A stretch of 64,000 bases of DNA, taken from assembly GCF_009914755.1 (NCBI RefSeq), contig NC_060932.1; one strand, 5' to 3'. The DNA comes from the human T2T-CHM13v2.0 reference genome, Homo sapiens. Shown here in pieces: positions 56,053 through 64,000 of the stretch (position 1 is the first letter of the stretch; the number at the start of each line of letters is the position of its first letter). The notes beneath the pieces are model-generated. The model ran no database searches. It worked only from the letters and a program-made list of their open reading frames with translations, and was not told where the DNA came from. The position numbers were made by a program, and so were the translations under genes.

Positions 56053-59000
56053 TCCTATTGCCTTCTGGCCTTCACTGTTGTGGTGAAAAACTGGCTGTTA
56101 ATCTTAGGATTTCCTTGTATGTGATGAATTATTTTTATCATGCTGTTTGCAAGACTTTCTTTTTGTCTTTCCACATTTTAAAAGTGGAAAGTGATTGTGT
56201 TTATCTTACTTGGAATTCACTGACCTTCTTAGAGGTATATGTTTTCTATCAAATTTGGGAAATTTTCAGCCATTGTTTCTTCAAAAATGTTTTCTGTCCT
56301 TTTTCTCCTCTAATTTGGTGACTCACACTAATGTATATGTGGGTGTCCTTAATAGTGTCTCACATTTTTCTGAGACTTTGTTCCTTGTTCTTTATTCTTT
56401 ATTCTGTCTGTTTTTCAAACTGAATCATCTCAAAAGATCTATCTTCAAGTTCAATGTTTCTTTCTTCTACAAGCTCAAATCTACTCTTGAACCCCTCTAG
56501 TGAATTTTTGATTTCAGTTATTGCAATTTTCAACTCCAAATTTCCACTTGGTTATTTTAAATAATATCTGTACTTTTATTGATATTCTCTATTTTATGAG
56601 ACATTGTCATCATACCTTCTTTTAATTCTTTAAGTATGGTTTTCTTTAGCTCTTTTAACATATTTAGAATTGCTTCTTTAAAGTCTCTGTCTGCGTAGTT
56701 TATCATCTGGGTCCTTTTGAAGTCAGTTTCTATTTCTACTAATTCTTTTCCTATGTATGGGTAACAGTTTCCTGGTTCTTAGTATGTCTCATAATTTTTT
56801 TGAAAACTGGAAATTTTAATTAATGTAACAACTCTGGATACAGATTCCCTCTCACCCCACCCCAGGAGAGTGTTGTTTTCCTTGTCATTTGCTTATTTGT
56901 TAGGTGATTTAGCTGAACTAATGCCATGACGTCTCTTTCCCCTGCAGTGTGCAGCCTCTGATGTCTCTGCTCAGATTTTTTTCCCCTTGATTTTATCTTT
57001 TAACCTGGATACCTACAGATTGTCCTTGGATTGGCATAAGCAACTTACTGGTCAAAGGTTGTGCTTAAGTTCATTCAGCTAGTTAGATTTGTACTCTAAT
57101 ACTGGATGTATGTGTGATTTGTAAACTATTGTCACAATTCAGGGAGTTTATTTTTATTTATTTTTGTCCTACATTTAGCCAGTGATAACTAGCTTGAAGA
57201 TTCCCTCTCTGATCATTCCTAGGAGGACAAAGCTTTGGGCATGCACACATTATTCCAGAGAGCCAAGGATGACTATGATTATTTTTAAGCCTGACTTCCT
57301 AGGAGTCATCCTTGTGGCAAAGTAGTATATTGTGTAGTCAGTATTTGCTCATGGGGTTATGTTTAAGTCACTTGTGTTGATGAGTCTGTGTGCAGGTTGG
57401 GGAATGCTTTCAAGTCTGTGCATGTCTTGCTCTGATTGCTCCTGAGTGGGTGCAACCTAGCATAGGTACACAGCTTTCCTGATCCCCAGAGTTGTCTGTG
57501 ATCCCAGAAGAGCTCTTCTTAGTTATCTCTTTGCCGTCTCTTGGTTTTTCTGCCACTTTGCTTGTGGCGGAGCTATCAGCCTCCTCTTAATTGTTCTCCA
57601 CTAAGATCTTCACTGTTTTCAACAAGGCTTTTCTCTATTCTCTTTTCCAAATAAAATCGGTTCCTCTGGCAGAGCTCTTTGTCCTTATGATCTGCCTTTC
57701 CTTCTGTGCAAAAATCCTATACAACTGCAATGAAGCTGAAGATAGAGATATGCTTTATCTAGTGTGGCACCCCCACCCTATCAGTGGACATGTGGGCAGG
57801 TTTACCAGCCTGTGGTCTTTTGGACTTGTTTCTTCTGGTATGGACCCTTTATTTTATGAGTTGGGGTAGGGATGAGTTGTGGTCCCAGTATCTTTTGTCT
57901 GCAATGCCTGAGATAGAGCTTCTGCTTATCAATAGTGACTGGAAGGCAGAATAGAGACCCAGTTCTCTCAGCCATGGCTGTCCAAAATTACCTTTTTCTG
58001 CAGAATTACATACATTAAATACAACTCTTTTTAATTACATACATTACATACACTAAAATAATTTGTCTGCAGAATTACAGAGATTCTGCAACATGGTACT
58101 GAGGGTTAGGGGAGAGAATTTCTAGTGGCCTGCCCTTTCATGGTGAACCATGAGCCCAGACTGAGAGAGAGAGACAGAGCCCCTGTCTTCTTAGCTGCAA
58201 ACACTTGGAGTAGAACTTTTGTAACACAGAGCTGGAGGCAGAGGTGAGAGTAATGTAGCTGGTTGCAGCTCAAATGCCACAAGCTGCCACTGTTCTTAAC
58301 AAAATTTAGTAGACTTTCTTGAATGAATGTTTCTTCATTGTCATATTCCCTCCAGATACTTTGAATGATTTTTTAAAAATAGTTTTCATCAGTTAAATAA
58401 CTGTTTTGCTGGTGAGAAGCTCCATGTAACTCCTGAGCTATCATTTTGGAAGTCCCACCTCATCCTTTTTTACTATTTCTGTCCCTGATCAACAGTTGGT
58501 GGGAAGAGCATGAATAAGCAGGAAGTCAGCAATCAAATGTCTCCTTTGTGGAAAGTTCTCTTAAGCAGTTAGATTCACAGAAACTATAGATTCTATAGAA
58601 ATTCATAGATACTATAGATTTCTATATTGTATATTATGGATTTATCATTAGAAATAATAGGAGAATTTACATTCTGGGATCTTCCCATCCTCTGTATCTT
58701 CAACCCCTTTAACCATTAATGAGTAGTATTAACTTTGAATATGTTAAGTATAGTAGGTGTAAGTTGTAATTTTTTTGAGGCCAAAATCAGCTGATTAATC
58801 ATGGAATTAATCTAATTGATTATTTTAGTATCCCTAATAAATCTGATTTTAGGTTTGTCAATAAAAATTTAGGGTAAGATTAAAGATCAAGGGAAGATCC
58901 GTAACTTCTAAATTTAAAAAAATATTTTTATGTAAGTAATAAATGTTCACCACAGAAAAAAGAGTTATAGCTCTGCTTCTCAAAGTATTTTGATTGTTTA

Positions 59001-59625
59001 GGCTTTCATTCTAGCTAATATTCACTCCAGCTTTGGTCTAGATAATAGTCACTCTACATTTGGTTAAATCTTAACACTTTTCATTTTCTTTCAACCATAA
59101 TTTACTGGTTAAGATCTTAGACTCAGAGTTGGAGTCTAGTTAGAAACAATCTAGGTATTTCAAATTGAGGAGTTAATAGGAAAAATAGTTACAAGTGCTG
59201 GAAGGGCTGAAGGAGTAAAAATGAGACTATGAGATAACTGAGAAATTAGCAACTGCAGGAATCTGCTACCACCCTAAGGCTGGAGCAAAAGAAAGGAAGA
59301 AATTGCTGTTACCAGTCCCGTCAGGCATTCATCTCTATTACTGCTGAGGCTTGCTATTGCTGCCAGAACCACTGACACATCACTGGGGTCTGCAGCTGCC
59401 ACCACTGCTACACACTGCTTACCAGCAGCTATAGCCCACAGCCAGTGATGCTAAAATTGCCAAAGGACACCGGAGTCTGTAGCCATCAGAGGTTGTTAGA
59501 GGAAGAACAGTGGTTTCTCCCACCTCCCATCAGTGCTTTCCATTGGCACTGAGAGTTTATTGAAAGAAAATGTTGTTTACAGGGTCTAGAATTCAGGATT
59601 CTCATAAGCACCTCCTGATATGAAG

Positions 59626-59802
59626 CAGAATTTTCTGCTGTGATGGAAATGTTCTATGATCTGTGTTGTCTGATACAATAGCCCCTAATTACATGGGGAC
59701 TATTGAGCACTTGAAATGTGTATGAGATGACTAGGAACAAAATTTTAAATTAGTTTAATTTAAAAAGCCACATGTGGCTAGTAGTTTCCATACTGGCCAG
59801 CA
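59626..59802. mobile_element. MER3-like hAT MITE, one end truncated
   Basis: gatggaaatgttcta ... ttgagcacttgaaatgtg ... agccacatgtggcta ... actggccagca. Confidence 0.75.
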
Positions 59803-62251
59803 TAGATTTAGCATCTACGATGCAAAGCAGATAATAGAAGTGTGAGATTGGAGCTAGGAGTAGGCAGGCATAACGCTCAGATCATAATGCTCAGACAGAC
59901 GTGGTTCCCACCCCGGCTCTGTCACTCACAAGCTGCGTAGCCTTGGGCAAGTTCCTCAATCTCTGCGAGCCATCTGGAAAAGTGACAATAATAATAATAC
60001 CTCTTAGGATTAAAGAGTTATTGGAACAACTAAACAAGATGATGCAACCATTCTGCAAAAACCTGACTCATGGTAAGTGCCCAATAAATGTTCATTATAA
60101 TTATCACTTAAAAGAAATATTTTCAAAACTTTGATCATGGGGAACAGAGTAAGATGCAGAAAGCCTATGGAGAGATGGTAGTCCAATTTGTCTCCTAATG
60201 TTTCTTTTAGCTATAATTTTGTGAATGTATTTGCTAAATATTTTCTTTCTCCCTTTTTTCTATGTTATTGTCTTTTTGTCTAGCTGGTAATTTCAATGTC
60301 TTCTTATTCTTCTTATATTATGGATCACTTTTCCTTGACTTAATTGTCATACATTGTGGAAATTTCATACTATTATGGAAGACTGACTTAATTATCATAT
60401 GTTATGGAAGTTCATGATTATGTCAAAATAATGTTTGTTGGACCTGACACCATGATATAAGCTTTCTTGCTCTTTGCTCTTTTGTTCCCAGGGGTGATTT
60501 TTCTGACACCACTCTGACATGCTAAGACTTTAACCAGAACACACTGCACTGTTTATGTTGACTTTTCCTTATCATATGCTTAAAGACAAAAAAGAGTTAT
60601 AAATATTTACAAGTGTTTTATAATAGTTCTAATACATTTCAGAGGCTTAATTTATTAAGAAATGTCATATTTTGTGCCAAACCTAGCCATCTCTCTCATA
60701 ATCTCTTTTGCTCTTTCAGTGGTTTAAGAGAATAGATGAGCATCTAGAGATATATCTCTTAGACAAATAATGTTGATACAGCCTATATATTGTCAGCTGC
60801 TTAAAGAACAATATTCCAATTGAAATGACAGGAATCTCACAAGACAGAACCACTCTTGCAACTGTGTTAAAGGAGCACCTTTGTTTAAGTCAGAAACGGT
60901 GCTAATGAGACACACCTGGGAGTGAAATGATTTTCTCATAGGGGCAAAAAACAACAATAAAAAAAATAATTTCATTGCTCAACTACGTCTTAGACATAGT
61001 ATTTTTCTTAGATAACTTACAGCGAGACTTTGGAAAAAGAAGAATAAACATAAAACAATGCTGAGTCCTAAATGGAACCAAACCCAACAATAACAAGATG
61101 AGCTGCATGCAGCTACAGTGGGCTGCTATTCATAATATGTGATGGCACATCAGGCCTTTCACCAAAGTCAGGCAATGCTGTGTATTGCACTGAATGTTTC
61201 CTGTGGATCCTCTATTAACACTAGTGGGAGCTCTTTACATTAAAAAAGTCATAAGTCCCACAACTGTTCTGCAATCCTCTCCTCATATTAAATCTACTCA
61301 TCATGTCTGGGGGAGTTATCTTTAAGGAAATCATTTGCCAAGACTCAGATTTTTAAAAAACATTCTAAGGCACTAGAATATGGAAGTGAATAATTTGCTC
61401 CAATCTTCCTTTCCACCTCTGAACAAAATGTAGCCAGTGAAAGGAAATTAGCCCCTGGTCATTAGTGCTTTTCAAAACAGACTATCTAGTTGCCTGCCCT
61501 TTCAGTTACAGCTACTGTGACGCCCCATATTCTGTTTAACACCATATATAACTCCTGGCATAATGCCTGGACAAAGAGGGCAATTTCTCTCCAACTTTGA
61601 CTTTCCAGATAGTCATACTTGATCACCAAAGCCAGGGTGGCCTGGCACATTCTTAGGTAGCCAAGATGCTCAAAATTATGGGATTATTTCATCTAGAAGG
61701 GCTGTGAATTTCCATTTTCATGCACTTTCTACACTCCAACACTCCTACATAATTCTATTTCTGATAAAGGAAGTAAAGGAACAATCTGGAGGAAGCAATT
61801 GCTGGGCTATCAGGTACCCTGGGGACCACAAAACTGGTCCCCTTCCTTACACACTGAGGTGAAGACTCCAAGAGCTGGAGTGAATTGACCTGTTTTCTTC
61901 TGATTCTTTCCAGGGCACCGTGCTACTCATAACAAAAATGCATTGAATAAAATGCACAGCTTCCACTTAGTGGAGAGTGGGAGTGCAAGGACACACTAAG
62001 TGTCAGGCACCAAGCTAAGGGTTTTATATACCTTCTTTCTTATAATTCTCATGCCAAAGCTTGGAATTCTTCTTCTTATTTTGCAGATTTATACACTGAG
62101 GTTTGAGGGTTTAAATAACAGAGTTAGTAAATGACTGAGCCAGGATTCAAATACAGATATGTCTGACTGCAAAGGCCATTTTCTCAAACCACTATGCTAT
62201 ACTCTAGTGTATATGCAGAATAATACTCATTCTAAAGAAGGAAGCATTGTT

Positions 62252-62716
<465 letters not shown>

Positions 62717-63468
62717 TCACAACAGGAGATGGTGAGATCACAGAAAACATATCCAGAATATTATTATCCCTTAATAATAATGATTAATAGCTACCATTAA
62801 CTGAGTGTCCAGTATAGGCCTGGCACTTTATATTTGTTATTTTATTTAACTATCACAATCTCCCTGTGAGGTAGGGATAATCATACCCATTTTTTAGGTG
62901 AGGAAACTGAGAATTAGAGAAATTAAATAACTTTCCCCAGTCTCACACAGTTGGCAGATAGTAAAATGAGGCTTAAATCCAAATCTAAGTGACTTGAAAC
63001 CCCACACCTCACTTACCTTAAGATGCATTCCTGACCCATGGAAACTGCTTAATATATATTGAGCACATGAATAAATAAAGGACCATGAATAAACAGTGGC
63101 TGGAATGGAGCATGTATCTGTTATGTAATGCCCATGTTGGCCTTGATTAGAAGCTCTTAAAAACAAATGAGTAACAAATACATGTTTTGTTTTGCTCCAA
63201 AAGGTATAACTGGGACAGATCAGTGGAAATTGCAGACTTCCTGTGGCTTCCTGTACAGGAACCTGGCTTCAAAGAGTCCATTGCCTGAATGACCTTCAAT
63301 TCTGTGATTCAGAGATTCTGTGAGAGTCTGTGTCTCTACAGAGGGATAATAAGGGAAAACATTCCCACAGTGAGAGCTGCCTAGTAAAACAGTGAGCTAC
63401 CCATTTTGGAAGATGTTCCAGGTACATGACTACATGCCAGAAATGCTGAATAAGAAATTATTAAATTG

Positions 63469-63930
63469 TGTGGTGTAGAAGGTTGTTTGGAAAATGGCTG
63501 CAGTTATTCCCTTTCCTTTATTCATTCTCCTTTGCAAGATGACTCTTAAGCTCCTCCCATTGAGAGATGGTATTTCCCCAACCCTTGAATCTGTGTTGGC
63601 CTTGTGACTGGCTTTGCCCAAAAGAATGCAGCAGAAGACATTTCATGCCAATTCTAAGTCTAGGCTTCAAAAGGCCTTGCATAGTTTCAATCTCCTTTTT
63701 GAAACCCTGAGGCTGCCAAGTGAACAAACTGTAGCTAGACTAGCCTGCTGGAGGATTAGAGGCTACATGGAAGAGAATAGAAATGTCCCAGTGAATAGTT
63801 AGCTAACCTCTAGAAGCAGAACCACCTAGCTGCCTTGTAGCTCACCACATATTCATGGGCAAGCTCAGTGGAGACCAGAAGAACCAACTAGTTGACCCAT
63901 AAACTCAAGGGCAATAAGAAATGGTTGCTG
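63469..63930 (+). mobile_element. MLT1 LTR, 3' end missing
   Basis: tgtggt start, ccccaacccttgaatctg and tgtgactggctttg motifs. It stops at aaatggttgctg. Confidence 0.7.
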
Positions 63931-64000
63931 CATGATTCTCATAAGCACCTCCTGACATGAAGGGAAGATAAAAGGAATGCCTGATGTCCCTGTCAGAATA

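Larger units (their letters stand above)
51497..58457 (-). mobile_element. Old L1M element, internally deleted, with nested MST element and Alu
   Basis: 3' end near 51497 (cagctttactaaaatataattcacatacc). ORF2 remnants appear in track ORFs 54897-55139 and 55587-55886 (IIVGDFNTP). A probable 5' end reads gggacttccaaaatga on the minus strand near 58456. Confidence 0.85.

Overview
This is primate, almost certainly human, genomic DNA. It is identified by the last coding exon of BAALC at 9933-10043 (AKRDAKRMPAKEVTINVTDSIQQMDRSRRITKNCVN*), recognised from memory of the protein. The window holds the 3' end of BAALC on the + strand: an alternative 90-nt exon at 1411-1500 and the terminal exon, whose ~2.2 kb 3' UTR has three AATAAA signals. 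About 52 kb of repeat-rich DNA follows, which from recalled gene order lies toward FZD6. Most of the rest is interspersed repeats: Alus, two old internally deleted L1s facing each other, L2/MIR, MER4-group and other solo LTRs, a complete MST element and hAT MITEs. None of the supplied ORFs looks like a real gene. I found no CRISPR array, RNA gene or convincing new multi-gene system. The best oddities are a sense solo LTR ending 38 nt before the BAALC terminal exon, twin independent solo LTRs, a perfect 50-bp palindrome in an Alu monomer, a stop-containing cassette exon, and a 29-bp segment shared by two truncated-repeat junctions. Repeat subfamily names are from memory and unmarked boundaries are approximate.
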